From the NCBI GenBank assembly GCA_030390025.1, contig CM059432.1, positions 62,312,001-62,376,000 on the forward strand: a stretch of 64,000 nt of DNA. The letters run 5' to 3'. The notes below the pieces were generated by a model, which saw nothing but the letters and a program-made list of their open reading frames with translations, was not told the origin of the DNA and searched no databases. The stretch is from Squalus acanthias (lineage: Eukaryota). The position numbers and the translations under genes were made by a program. Below are positions 1 to 11,999 of the stretch, one piece after another (positions within the stretch are counted from its first letter, which is position 1; every line of letters starts with the position of its first letter).

Positions 1-149
1 GCCCACCCTCCTCTTATCTATATTTCTTCTTGGAAACATCTGCTGCCACTTTACTTCCGTTTGTACACTGCATTTCTACCTCTCCATCACTACTGTCAAC
101 CCCTCAACAGCCTCCTCTTACTATCAGACTATCTGTCAGACATCCAGTC

Positions 150-905
150 TTGGATGAGTCACAACTTCCTGTAGCTCAACATCAGGAAGACTTTGACACT
201 ATCACAAACTCTTCCCTTGCCATCCTCTACCAGCCACATTGTCAGGTTGAAGCAGACCATTTGTACATTTGCTGTTTTATTTGATGCTGAATGGAGCTTT
301 AAACTCCAGGTCCTATCTGACAACAAGGCTGCTTTATTTACACCTCTCAACATTGCCTGTTTCCACCATGTATACATGCCTTGGTCACCTCCAGACATGA
401 CTATGCTAATATTTTTCTTGCTGGCCTCCCATTCTCCATAAGCTCCCAACTTATTCAGCGCTGCCACACATATTCTGTCTTGCACCAAGTCATATGGGTA
501 GGCATGATTGCTCACCAGTCATGTCCTCGCTGACTTATACTGGTGGTTCTTTGTCTCCCAACATAGTGCATTCAAAATCCATATCTTCTATAAATCTCTC
601 CGTAGCTTTGCTCCACCCTATATCTTCAATTCCCTCTCGCCCTACATCCCACCCCAAATGCTTTGTGCCTCTTACTCCGCCTTCTGTGCACCCCGATCTC
701 ATCATTGGTAGTAGAGCTTTCAGCCACCTCAGTTCTATTCTTTGAAACTCCCTCTCTAAGCCTCCTCAAAACCTATCTCTTTGGCCAACTTTCAGTTACG
801 CCTTGTAATCTATCCCTATCTGGCTTAGTGTCCATTTTTCATATGTCTCTTGAAGCACCTTGGGGAGTTTCTTTATGATAAAGGCACTAAATAAATGCAA
901 GTTGT
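150..905 (+). mobile_element. Decayed L2 LINE 3' remnant
   Basis: VLFDAEWSFK...KAALFTPLNIA resembles the L2 RT C-terminus; ends in the L2-type tail ataaatgcaagttg. Confidence 0.6.
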
Positions 906-935
906 AGAATGACCATATGATCTGTTTTTGCCGAT

Positions 936-1335
936 TTTGGTTAAGGGATGAATGTCGGCCAGGACGCTGGAAGGACTGCCTGCTTTTCTTTGAATAATGC
1001 CATTGGGTCTTTTGTATCCATTTAACCAAGTAGACAAGCCATCAGTTTTAACATCTCAATTCAAAGATGGCATTCAAATAATGCAGCACTCCCTCAGTAC
1101 TGCACTGAAGTGTCAGCCTAGATGAGAATAGGTTGCATAAACTTGAAGCTAAGGCGGGTAAATGGAATTGATGTACAGGTTAGCCATGATCTAATTGAAT
1201 GGTGGAGCTGGCTCGAGGGGCTGAATGGTCTACTATTCCTATGTTCCTAGAGTATGTGCTGAAGTCTATAGTGGGGCTTTAACCCAGGCCTTTCTGACTC
1301 GGAGGTGAGAGTGCCGACAATTGAACCAAGCTATC
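936..1335 (-). mobile_element. DeuSINE/SacSINE1-like SINE, decayed and interrupted by a CR1 3' tail (~1150-1248)
   Basis: Reverse-complement similarity to 49637-50097 (gcagcactccctcagtactgcactg, ttctgactc). Confidence 0.7.
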
Positions 1336-4300
1336 ACTTGAAGGGTAGTTAGGAAGCAGTGGACATTTGTTAGAGGAATTATATCTTGGGGGTGGAGAAT
1401 GTCCCTGTTAGAACCACAACAATTATATGAGCAGCACAAAACAAATTCCTACAAAAATTAGTATGCAGTTTCTAAAATAATGATGAACCCTACTGAGTTT
1501 ATCGTAGAATGGTTACTGGCAAGCCTATTCGGCCCGTCGAGCCCATGCCGGCTCTCTGCAAGAGCACTTCAGCGAGTCCCACTCCCCCACTCTATCCCCG
1601 TTGCCCTGCAAATTTCTTTCCTTCAGATACTTATCCAACTCCCTTTTGAAAGCCGTGATTGAATCTGCCTCCACCACCCTTTCAGGCAGTGCATTCCAGA
1701 ACTTAACCACTCGCTCTATAAAAAAGTTTTTTCTTACGTTGCCTTTGGTTCTTTTGCCAATCACCTTAAATCTGTGTCCTCTGGTTCTCAAACCTTCTGC
1801 CAATGGGAACAGTTTCCCTCTATCTACTCTGTCCAGACCCCTCATGATTTTGAAAACCTCTATCAAATCTCCTTTCAATCTTCTCTGCTCCAAGAAGAAC
1901 AACTCCAGCTACTCCAGTCTATCAACGTAACTGCAGTCCCTCATTCCCGGAATCATTCTCGTAAGTCTTTTCTGCACCCTCTCTAAGGCCTTCACATCCT
2001 TCCTTAAGTGTGGTGCCCAGAATTGGACACAGTACTCCAGTTGGGGCTGAACCAGTGTTTTATACAGGTTCATCACAATTTCCACACTTTTATACTCTAT
2101 ACCTCTATTCTCTATTCATGAAGCCCAGGATCCCATAAGCCTTTTTAACTGCTTTCTCAACCTGCCCTGTCACCATCAATGATTTGTGCACACATACCTT
2201 CAGGTCTCTCTGTTCGTGCACCCACTTTAGGATTGTACCATTTAGTTTATATGTCCTCTCCTCATTCTTTCTACCAAAATGTATCACTTCATACTTTTCT
2301 GTGTTAAATTTCATCTGCCACGTGTCCGCCCATTTCACCAGCCTGTTTGTCTTCCTGAAGTCCATCACTCTCCTCCTCACTGTTCACTATACTTCCAAGT
2401 TTTGCGTCATCTGCAAATTTTGAAATTGTGCCCTGTACACCCACGTCCAAGTCATTAATATATATCAAGAAAAGCAATGGTCCTAGAACCGAACCCTGGG
2501 GAACATCACTGTATACCTTCCTCCAGTCCGAAAAACAACCGTTCACCACTACTCTCTGTTTCCTATCACTTAGCCAATTCCGTATTCATGCTGCCACTAT
2601 CCCTTTTATTCTATGGCCTTCAACTTTGCTGGCAAGCCTATTATGTGGCACTTTGTCAAACGCCTTTTGGAAATTCATGTACACTACGTCAACTGCATTA
2701 CCCTCGTCAACCCCCTCTGTTACCTCTGTTGTGCGAGGCCCCTTGGGGAGGAGCGATCATAATATGATAGAATTCTTCATTAAAATGGAGAGTGAAGTAG
2801 TTGACTCAGAGACTAGGGTCCTGAATTTAAATAAAGGAAACTACGATGGTATGAGGCACGAGTTGGCTAGGATGGATTGGGGAACGTTACTTAAAGGGTT
2901 GACAGTGGATAGGCAATGGCAAACATTTAATGATTGCATGGATGAACTACAGAATTTATTCATCCCTGTTTGGCATAAAAATAAAACAAAAAAGGTGACT
3001 CAACTGTGGCTAACAAGGGAAATTAGGGATAGCATAAGATCCAAGGAGAGGACATATAATTTGGCCAGAAAAAGCAGCAAACCTGAGGATTGGGAGCAGT
3101 TTAGGATTCAGCAAAGGAGGACAAAGGGATTAGTTAAGAGGGGGAAAATAGATTATGAGAGTAAGCTTGCAGGGAACATAAAAACTGACTGTAAAAGCTT
3201 CTATAGATATGTGAAGAGAAAAAGATTGGTGAAGTCAAGTGTAGATCCCTTGCAGTCAGAATCAGGGGAATTTATAATGGGGAACAAAGAAATGGCAGAC
3301 CAATTAAATACATACTTTGGTTCTGTCTTCACAAAGGAGGACACAAATAACCTCCCAGAGATGTCGGGGAACATAGAGGCTAATGAGAAGGAGGAATTGA
3401 ATGAAATCAGTATTTGTAGGGAAATGGTGTTAGGGAAATTGATGGGATTGAAGGCCGATAAATCCCCAGGGCCTGATAATCTACATCCTAGGGTACTTAA
3501 GGAAGTGGCCCTAGAAATAGTAGATGCATTGCTGGTCATCTTCCAAAATTCTATAGACTCTGGAACAGTTCCCATGGATTGGAGGATAGCTAATATAACC
3601 CCACTATTTAAAAAAGGTGGTAGAGAGAAACCAGGGAATTATAGACCAGTAAGTCTGACATCGGTAGTGGGGAAAATGCTAGAGTCCATTATAAAAGATG
3701 TAATAGCAGAGCACTTGGAAAACAGTGACAGGATCGGACAAATTCGACATGGATTTACAAAAGGTAAATCATGCTTGACTAATCTACTGGAATTTTTTGA
3801 GGATGTAACTGGTAGAATAGATAAGGGAGAACCAGTGGATGTGGTATATTTGGACTTTCAGAAGGCTTTCGATAAGGTCCCGTATAAGAGATTAGCGTGC
3901 AAAGTTCAAGCACATGGGATTGGGGGTAAGGTACTGTCTTGAATAGAGAACTAGTTAGCAGACAGGAAGCAAAGAGTTGGAATAAATGGGTCTTTTTCCG
4001 AGTGGCAGGCAGTGACTAGTGGGGTACCGCAGGGATCGGTGCTAGGACCCCAGCTATTCACAATATATATAAATGATCTAGACGAGGGAACTAGATGTAA
4101 TATCTCCAAGTTTGCAGATGACACAAAGCTGGGTGGGCTGTGAGGAGGATGCAGAGAAACTCCAGTATGATTTGGACAGGTTGGATGATTGGGCAGATGC
4201 ATGGCAAATGCAGTATAATGTGGATAAATGCGAGGTTATCCACTTCGGTGGCAAAAACAGGAAGACAGATTATTATCTGAACGGCAATAGATTGGGAAAA

Positions 4301-4971
4301 GGGGAAGTGCAACGAGACCTGGGTGTCCTTGTGCACCAGTCGCTGAAGGTAAGCATGCAAGTGCAGCAGGCAGTTAAGAAGGCAAATGGTATGTTGTCCT
4401 TCATAGCGAGAGGATTCAAGTACAGGAGTAAGGATGTTTTGCTGCAGTTGTACAGGGCCTTGGTGAGACCACACCTTGAGTATTGTGTGCAGTTTTGGTC
4501 ACCTTATCTGAGGAAGGATGTTCTTGCCATGGAGAGAGTGCAGCGAAGATTCACCAGACTGATACCTGGGATGGCAGGAATGACGTATGAGGAGAGATTG
4601 GGTCGATTAGGCTTATATTCGCTGGAGTTTAGAAGAATGAGAGGGGATCTCATTGAAACTTATAAAATTCTAACAGGACTAGACAGACTAGATGCAGGAA
4701 GGATGTTCCCAATGGCGGGGGAGTCCAGAACCAGGGGTCACAGTCTAAGGATAAGGGGTAAGCCATTTAGGACAGAGATGAGGAGGAATTTCTTCACCCA
4801 GAGAGTGGTGAACCTGTGGAATTCTCTACCACACAAGGCAGTTGAGGCCAATTCATTAAATATATTCAAGAAGGAGTTAGATATATTTCTTAAGGCTAAA
4901 GGGATCAAGGGATATGGGGAGAAAGCAGGGACAGGGTACTGAATTTGGATGATCAGCCATGATCTCATTAA

Positions 4972-5865
4972 ATGGCGGAACACATTTGCAGTAAGTGTTG
5001 GCTGCTCGAGGAACTCCGGCTCCGTGTTGATGAGCTGGAGTCCGAGCTTCAAACACTGCGACACATCAGGGAGGGGGAGAGTTACCTGGACTCCGTGTTC
5101 CAGGAGGTAGTCACACCAATTAGAGTAACTAATTCAGAAGTAGCCCGTGGTCAGGGACAGGAAGGTGTGACTACGAGTGAGGCAGGTACAGGGATCCAGG
5201 AGGTAGTGTTGGAGGAGCCGCAGCCCTTGCTCTTGTCCAACAGGTTCGAGGCTCTTACTCCCTGTGTGGATAGGAGCGGGGACTGCAGGGAGGATGAGCA
5301 ACCTGGCCACAGCACCGTGGTAAGGGGGGCCATTCAAGTGGGGGGAGTAAAAAGAAATGTTGTAGTGGTAGGGGATAGTATCATTAGGGGGATAGATAGG
5401 GTTCTTTGCAGCCAAGAGCGAGAGTCCCGAAGGCTGTGTTGCCTGCCCGGTGCCAGGGTTAAGGACATCTCCTCTGGGCTGGAGAGAAACTTGGAGTGGG
5501 AGGGGGAGGATCCAGTTGTCGTGGTCCATGTTGGTACCAATGACATAGATAGGACAAGGAAAGAGGTTCTGCTGAGGGAGTTTGAGCAGCTAGGGGCCAA
5601 ATTAAAAAGCAGAACCTCGAGGGTAATAATCTCTGGATTACTACCTGAGCCACGAGCAAATTTGGCTAGGGTAAATAAAATCAGGGAGTTGAATGCGTGG
5701 CTCAAAGACTGGTGTGGGAAAAATGGGTTTTGCTTCTTGGGACACTGGCACCAGTACTGGGGCAGGAGAGAGCTGTTCCGTTGGGACGGACTTCACTTGG
5801 CCAGTGCTGGGACTAGTGTCCTGGCGAATCGAATAACTAGGGCTGTGGAGAGGGCTTTAAACTAA
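4972..5865 (+). CDS. CR1 ORF1p (half zinc finger, coiled coil, SGNH esterase), N-terminally truncated
   Basis: CSKC, leucine-zipper-like LEELRLRVDELESEL, and SGNH blocks GDS, PGA, GTND, DGLH. Confidence 0.88.
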   Translation: MAEHICSKCWLLEELRLRVDELESELQTLRHIREGESYLDSVFQEVVTPIRVTNSEVARGQGQEGVTTSEAGTGIQEVVLEEPQPLLLSNRFEALTPCVDRSGDCREDEQPGHSTVVRGAIQVGGVKRNVVVVGDSIIRGIDRVLCSQERESRRLCCLPGARVKDISSGLERNLEWEGEDPVVVVHVGTNDIDRTRKEVLLREFEQLGAKLKSRTSRVIISGLLPEPRANLARVNKIRELNAWLKDWCGKNGFCFLGHWHQYWGRRELFRWDGLHLASAGTSVLANRITRAVERALN

Positions 5866-8800
5866 TTAGTGGGGGGGAGGTTTCAAGAGAGCAAAAAATA
5901 AAAATGACAACAGAGAGGGTCATAGACATAGGTAGCAGTAGGGGAATCACAAATCAGAGCGTGGCAGGAAGGGACAGAGTGTGTGGAGTAAAAGGTAAAC
6001 TGGTAAAAAGTGAAAAAGCAGGAACTAAGTGCCACAAAGCATATTTGAAAGTTCTCTATCTGAATGCACGTAGCATTCGTAACAAAATAGACGAGTTAAT
6101 GGCACAAATAACTACATATGGTTATGATATTGTGGCCATTACAGAAACATGGCTGCAGGGTGACAATGCCTGGGAATTAAACATACCAGGTTATTTAACG
6201 ATCAGGAAGGACAGGCAGGAAGGAAGGGGAGGTGGGGTGGCTATGTTAATAAAGGAAGGAATCACTGTAATACAGAGTAATGATATTGGGTCAAAAAATC
6301 ATGATAATGAAACAGTTTGGGTGGAGATAAGGAATAATAAGGGGAAAAAAACATTAGTGGGCGTAGTCTATAGGCCTCCGAACAGTTGCAACTCTATTGG
6401 ACGGAGTATCAATCAGGAAATAGTTGAGGCATGTAATAAGGGAACATCTATAATTATGGGGGATTTTAACTATCATATTAATTGGACAAATCAAATGGGG
6501 CAGGGCTGCCTTGAGGATGAGTTCATTGAGTGTATTAGGGATGGGTTTCTTGAGCAGTATGTAACTGAACCGACCAGGGGGCAAGCAACCTTAGATCTGG
6601 TCCTGTGTAACGAGACAGGATTAATTAAAAATGTCCTAGTAAAGGATCCCCTTGGAATGAGTGACCATAACATGGTTGAATTCCATATTCAATTAGAGGG
6701 TGAGAAGGTTGGATCTCAAACAAGCGTGCTAAGCTTGAATAAAGGAGACTATGAAGGTATGCGAGCGGAATTGAGTAGAGTGGATTGGGAAAATAGATTA
6801 AAGGGTAAGACGACACATGATCAGTGGTGTACATTCAAGGAGTTATTTTACAACTTCCAAAAAAAATATATTCCACTGAAAAGAAAAGGGTGTAAAAGAA
6901 AGGACAGTCATCCGTGGCTAAGTAAAGAAATTAAGGATAGTATTCGACTAAAAACAAGGGCATATAAGGTAGCGAAATCTAGTGGGAGGACAGAGGATTG
7001 GGAAAACTTTAAAAGGCAGCAAAAAATAACAAAAAGATTGATTAAGAAAGGGAAGATAGATTATGAAAGTAAATTAGCAAAAAATATAAAAACAGATAGT
7101 AAGAGTTTTTATAGTTATATAAAAAGAAAAAGGGTGGCTAAAGTAAATGTTGGTCCCTTAGAGGATGAGACCGGGAAATTAATGGTGGGAAATATGGAGA
7201 TGGCAAAAACACTGAATGAATATTTTGTATCAGTCTTTACAGTAGAGGACACTAAGAATATCCCAACACTGGACAAACAGGGGGCTATAGGGGGAGAGGA
7301 GCTAAACACGATCAAAATCACTAAGGAAGTGGTACTCGGTAAAATAATGGGACTCAAGGCGGATAAATCACCTGGACCTGATGGCTTACATCCTAGAGTC
7401 TTGAAGGAAGTGGCGGTAGGGATTGTAGATGCATTGGTAATAATTTTTCAAAACTCCCTGGATTCCGCTAAGGTCCCGGCAGACTGGAAAACTGCTAATG
7501 TAACACCCTTATTTAAAAAGGGCAGTAGACAGAAGGCTGGTAACTATAGACCGGTTAGCCTAACATCTGTGGTAGGTAAAATTTTGGAGTCCATTATTAA
7601 GGAAACAGTAACAGGACATTTGGATAATCATAATTTAATAGGACAAAGTCAGCATGGTTTTACGAAGGGGAAGTCATGTTTGACAAATTTGCTGGAGTTC
7701 TTTGAGGAAGTAACATATAGAGTGGATAAAGGGGAACCAGTGGACGTAGTGTATTTAGACTTCCAAAAGGCATTTGACAAGGTGCCACACAAAAGATTAT
7801 TGCTTAAGGTAAAAAATCACGGGATTGGGGGTAATATTCTGGCATGGATAGAGGATTGGCTATCTAACAGAAAGCAAAGAGTTGGGATAAATGGTTCATT
7901 CTCAGACTGGCAATCAGTAACTAGTGGTGTTCCACAGGGGTCAGTGCTGGGTCCCCAACTCTTTACAATCTATATTAACGATTTGGAGGAAGGGACCAAG
8001 TGTAACATATCAAAATTTGCAGATGATACAAAGATGGGAGGGAAAGTAGTGAGTGAGGAGGACATAAAAAACCTGCAAGGGGACATAGACAGGCTAAGTA
8101 AGTGGGCAGAGATTTGGCAGATGGAATACAACACTGGAAAGTGTGAGGTGATGCACTTTGGCAGGAAAAATCCTAGAGCAATTTATTATCTTAATGGCAA
8201 GAAACTGGAGAGTACTGAAGTGCAAAGGGATCTGGGGGTCCTGGTGCATGAAACTCAAAAGGTTAGTATGCAGGTGCAGCAAGTGATTAAGAAGGCAAAT
8301 GGAATGTTGGCTTTCATTGCTAGGGGGATAGAATATAAAAATAGGGAGGTATTGCTTCAGTTGTACAAGGTATTGGTGAGACCGCACCTGGAATACTGCA
8401 TACAGTTTTGGTGTCCTTACTTAAGGAAAGACATCCTTGCTCTCGAGGCAGTGCAAAAAAGGTTCACTCGGTTAATCCCGGGGATGAGGGGGTGGTCATA
8501 TGAGGAGAGGTTGGGTAGATTGGGACTCTACTCATTGGAGTTCAGAAGAATGAGAGGCGATCTTATTGAAACATATAAGATTGTGAAGGGGTTGGATCGG
8601 GTGGATGCGGGGAGGATGTTCCCGATGACGGGTGAGACGAGAACTAGGGGACATAGTCTTAGAATAAGGGGCTGCTCTTTCAAAACTGAGATGAGGAGGA
8701 ACTACTTCACTCAGAGGGTGGTAGGTCCATGGAATATGCTGCCACAAAAAGCTGTAGAAGCTACAACATTAATTAAATTTAAAACAGAAATAGACAGTTT

Positions 8801-9086
8801 CCTAGAAGTAAAGGGCATTAAGGGTTACGGGGAGCGGGCAGGAATTTGGACATGAGTCTAGGTTCGGATCGGTCATGGCCCTGTGGGTAGTGGAGCGGGC
8901 CCAGGGACTGTGTAGCCTGATTCTGCTCCTATTTCGTGTGTGCAATTCTGTTAGATGCAGGAGATGGTTCTGTGATAGATAGTAGATTGGCGGTTAGGAT
9001 CAGATCAGCCATGATCTTATTGAATGGCGGAGCAGGCTCGAGGGGCCGATTGGCCTACTCCTGCTCCTATTTCTTATGTTCTTATG
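4983..9086 (+). mobile_element. CR1 LINE 'C': young, slightly 5'-truncated, inserted in the 3' UTR of B
   Basis: Flanked by atggcggaaca (4972-4982) and atggtggaaca (9084-9094); both ORFs open; ttcttatg tail. Confidence 0.92.
5904..8855 (+). CDS. CR1 ORF2p: APE endonuclease plus reverse transcriptase, uninterrupted 983 aa
   Basis: NARSI, ITETW, YRPP, GDFN, SDH (APE); [29 protein letters not shown] (RT). Confidence 0.96.
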   Translation: MTTERVIDIGSSRGITNQSVAGRDRVCGVKGKLVKSEKAGTKCHKAYLKVLYLNARSIRNKIDELMAQITTYGYDIVAITETWLQGDNAWELNIPGYLTIRKDRQEGRGGGVAMLIKEGITVIQSNDIGSKNHDNETVWVEIRNNKGKKTLVGVVYRPPNSCNSIGRSINQEIVEACNKGTSIIMGDFNYHINWTNQMGQGCLEDEFIECIRDGFLEQYVTEPTRGQATLDLVLCNETGLIKNVLVKDPLGMSDHNMVEFHIQLEGEKVGSQTSVLSLNKGDYEGMRAELSRVDWENRLKGKTTHDQWCTFKELFYNFQKKYIPLKRKGCKRKDSHPWLSKEIKDSIRLKTRAYKVAKSSGRTEDWENFKRQQKITKRLIKKGKIDYESKLAKNIKTDSKSFYSYIKRKRVAKVNVGPLEDETGKLMVGNMEMAKTLNEYFVSVFTVEDTKNIPTLDKQGAIGGEELNTIKITKEVVLGKIMGLKADKSPGPDGLHPRVLKEVAVGIVDALVIIFQNSLDSAKVPADWKTANVTPLFKKGSRQKAGNYRPVSLTSVVGKILESIIKETVTGHLDNHNLIGQSQHGFTKGKSCLTNLLEFFEEVTYRVDKGEPVDVVYLDFQKAFDKVPHKRLLLKVKNHGIGGNILAWIEDWLSNRKQRVGINGSFSDWQSVTSGVPQGSVLGPQLFTIYINDLEEGTKCNISKFADDTKMGGKVVSEEDIKNLQGDIDRLSKWAEIWQMEYNTGKCEVMHFGRKNPRAIYYLNGKKLESTEVQRDLGVLVHETQKVSMQVQQVIKKANGMLAFIARGIEYKNREVLLQLYKVLVRPHLEYCIQFWCPYLRKDILALEAVQKRFTRLIPGMRGWSYEERLGRLGLYSLEFRRMRGDLIETYKIVKGLDRVDAGRMFPMTGETRTRGHSLRIRGCSFKTEMRRNYFTQRVVGPWNMLPQKAVEATTLIKFKTEIDSFLEVKGIKGYGERAGIWT

Positions 9087-11999
9087 GTGGAACAGGCTCG
9101 AGGGGCCGAATGGCCTACTCCTGCTCCTATCTTCTATGTTTCTATGTAGAACTCAATCAAGTTAGTTAAACACGATTTGCCTTTAACAAATCCGTGCTGG
9201 CTTTCCTTAATTAATCCACACTTGTCCAAGTGACTTTTAATTTTGTCCCTGATTACTGTTTCTAAAAGCTTCCCCACTACCGAAGTCAGTTGGCCTGTAG
9301 TTGCTGGGTTTATCTTTACACCATTTTTTGAACAATGGTGTAACATTTGCAATTCTCCAGTCCTCTGGCACCACCCTCGTATCCAAGGAGGATTGGAATA
9401 TTATGGCCAGTACCTCCGCGATTTCCTCCCTCAATTCACTCAGCATCCTAGGATGCATCCCATCCGCTCCTGGTGACTTATCTACTTTAAGTACAGCCAG
9501 CCTTTCTAATACCTCCTCTTTATCAATTTTTATCCTATCAAGTATCTCCACTACCTCTTCCTTTACTACGTCTGTGGCAGCATCCTCTTCCTTGGTGAAG
9601 ACAGATGCAAAGTACTCATTTAGTACCTCAGCCATAACCTCTGCCTTTTTGGTCCCTAATCGGCCCCACCCCTCCTCTTGCTACCCTTTTACTATTTATA
9701 TGCCTATAAGACGACTTTTGGATTACCTTTTATGTTGGCTGCCATTCTATTCTAATACCCTCTCTTTTCCCCTTTTATTTTATTTTTCACTCCTCCTCTG
9801 ACCTTTCTATATATAGCCTGATTCTCAGATGCAACCTGACATCTGTCATACGCGCTCTTTTTCTGCTTCATCATATTCTCTATCTCTTTCATCATCCAGG
9901 GAGCCCTGACTTTAGTTGCCCTGCCTTTCCCCCTAGTGGGAATGTACCTCGACTGTACCTAAACTATTTCCTCTTTAAAGGCAGCCTATTGTTCCATTAC
10001 AGTTTTGCCTGCCAATCTTTGATTCCAGTTTACCCGGGCCAGATCCGTTCTCATCCCACTGAAATTGGCCTTCCCCCAGTTAAACATTTTTACTCTAGAT
10101 TTCTCCATGACCTTTTCCATAGCTAATCTAAACCGTATGATACTATGATCACTGTTCCCTAAATGTTCACCTACTGACACTTGCTCCACTTGACCTACCT
10201 CATTCCCCAGAACCAGATCCAGCAATGCCTCCCTTCTCGTTGGGTCGGACACATACTGATCAAGAAAGTTCTCCTGAACACGCTTCAGAAATTCTTCCCT
10301 TTCTCTACCCTTAACACTATTACGATCCCAGTCTATATTAGGATAGTTGAAGTCCCCCATTATTACTACTCTATAGTTCTTGCACCTCTCTGTAATTTCT
10401 TTGCAAATTTGTTCCTCCATATCTTTCCCACTATTTGGTGGTCTATAGAATACACCTAGTAGTGTAATGGCACCTCTATTATTTCTTAACTCTAGCCATA
10501 TAGATTCTGTCCTTGACCCCTCCAGGACTTCCTCCCTCTCCAGCACTGTAACATTCTCCTTGACCAATACTGCCACACCACCTCCAATCTTACCTTCCCT
10601 ATCTTTCCTGAACACTTTATAACCAGGAATATTAAATACCCAATCCTGCCCTTTTTTGAGCCAGGTCTCAGTTATTGCCACAACATCATATTCCCATGTG
10701 GCTATTTGTGCCTGCAGCTCACTTACCTTGTTTACTACGCTTCGTGCGTTCACATACATCCACTGTAAACCCATCTTAGACCATCCTGTATTCTCTCTTA
10801 GTTTGACCCCCTCTAATACCTTACTATTTCTTACTTTAGTGCTCTTTGCCTCTTCCAATACTTTGAGCACTTTATTTCCCCTTTCTAATGTTACATCCTG
10901 GTGCCCACCCCCCTGCCAAATTAGTTTAAACCCTCCCCAACAGCACTAGCAAACCTCCCCGCGAGGATATTGGTTCCGGCCCTGTTGAGGTGCAACCCAT
11001 TCGGCCTGTACTGGTCCCACCTCCCCCAGAACTGGTCCCAATGCCCCAGGAATCTAAAGCCCTCCCTCCTGCACCATCTCTCCAGCCACGCATTCATCTG
11101 CGCTATCCTCCTAATTCTATACTCACTAGCGCGTGGCACCGGGAGTAATCCAGAGATTACTACCTTTGAGGTCCTGCTTTTTAATCTCTTTCCTAGTTCC
11201 CTGAAATCTGCCTGCAGGACCTCATCCCTCTTACTACCTATGTCGTTGGTACCGATATGGACCACGACCTCTGGCTGTTCACCCTCCTGCCTCAGAATGT
11301 TCTGCAGCCGCTCAGTGACATCCTTGACCCTGGCACCAGGGAGGCAACATACCATCCTGGAGTCACGTCTACGGCCGCAGAAACACCTGTCTGCTCCCCT
11401 AACAATCGAATCCCCTCCCACTATTGCTTTCCCACTCTTCTTCCTCTCCCCCTGTGCAGCTGAGCCACCCGTGGTGCCGCAACTTGGCTCTGGCTATACT
11501 CCCCAGAGGAACCATCGCCCTTCACCAGTACTCAGAACCGAATACTGGTTGGAGAGCGAGATGCACTCAAGGGACTCCTGCACTACCTGCCTGGTCCTCC
11601 TTTTCTGTCTGGAGGTCACCCATTCCCTTTCTGCCTGCACACTCTTTATCTGCGGAGTGACCACCTCCTGAAACGTGCTATCCACAAAGCTCTCAGCCTT
11701 ACGGATGCACCGCAGTAATGCCAGCTGCTGCTCAAGCTCCAAAACCCGGAGCTCGAGCTCCTCCAGCTGATGACACATCCTGCACATGTGGTTGTCCAGG
11801 ACACAGGAAGCGTCCTGGAGTCCCCACATGGCACAGGATGTGCATTCCACAGGACTGAGCTGCCCTGCTATGCCTTTACGTAATAGACTATTAACTAGAA
11901 ACACTTACCAGCTACTCACCAATCAGCTCCTTCCCTGGTTGTGACGTCGCTTTAGCTGTTTTGCAGTTGTTACTTTTGTTGTTGTTTTTGCTGGAGGTT

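Larger units (their letters stand above)
2727..9147 (+). mobile_element. CR1 LINE 'B': 5'-truncated (2727-4982 and 9084-9147), inserted in A
   Basis: ORF2 from the SDH motif to the end, with stops near 3940 and a frameshift near 4135. Its 3' UTR is split by element C and finishes in ttctatg repeats at 9132-9147. Confidence 0.9.

Noticed and set aside
1601..2423. Recurrent antisense ORFs in CR1 RT regions (also 24172, 27243, 52246)
   Set aside because: These are shadow frames of RT coding sequence with no independent motifs.
2428..3942. 504-aa ORF that looks like a novel fusion protein
   Set aside because: It starts at a GTG in the antisense strand of CR1 A and runs across the insertion junction into B's ORF2, so it is a nesting artefact.
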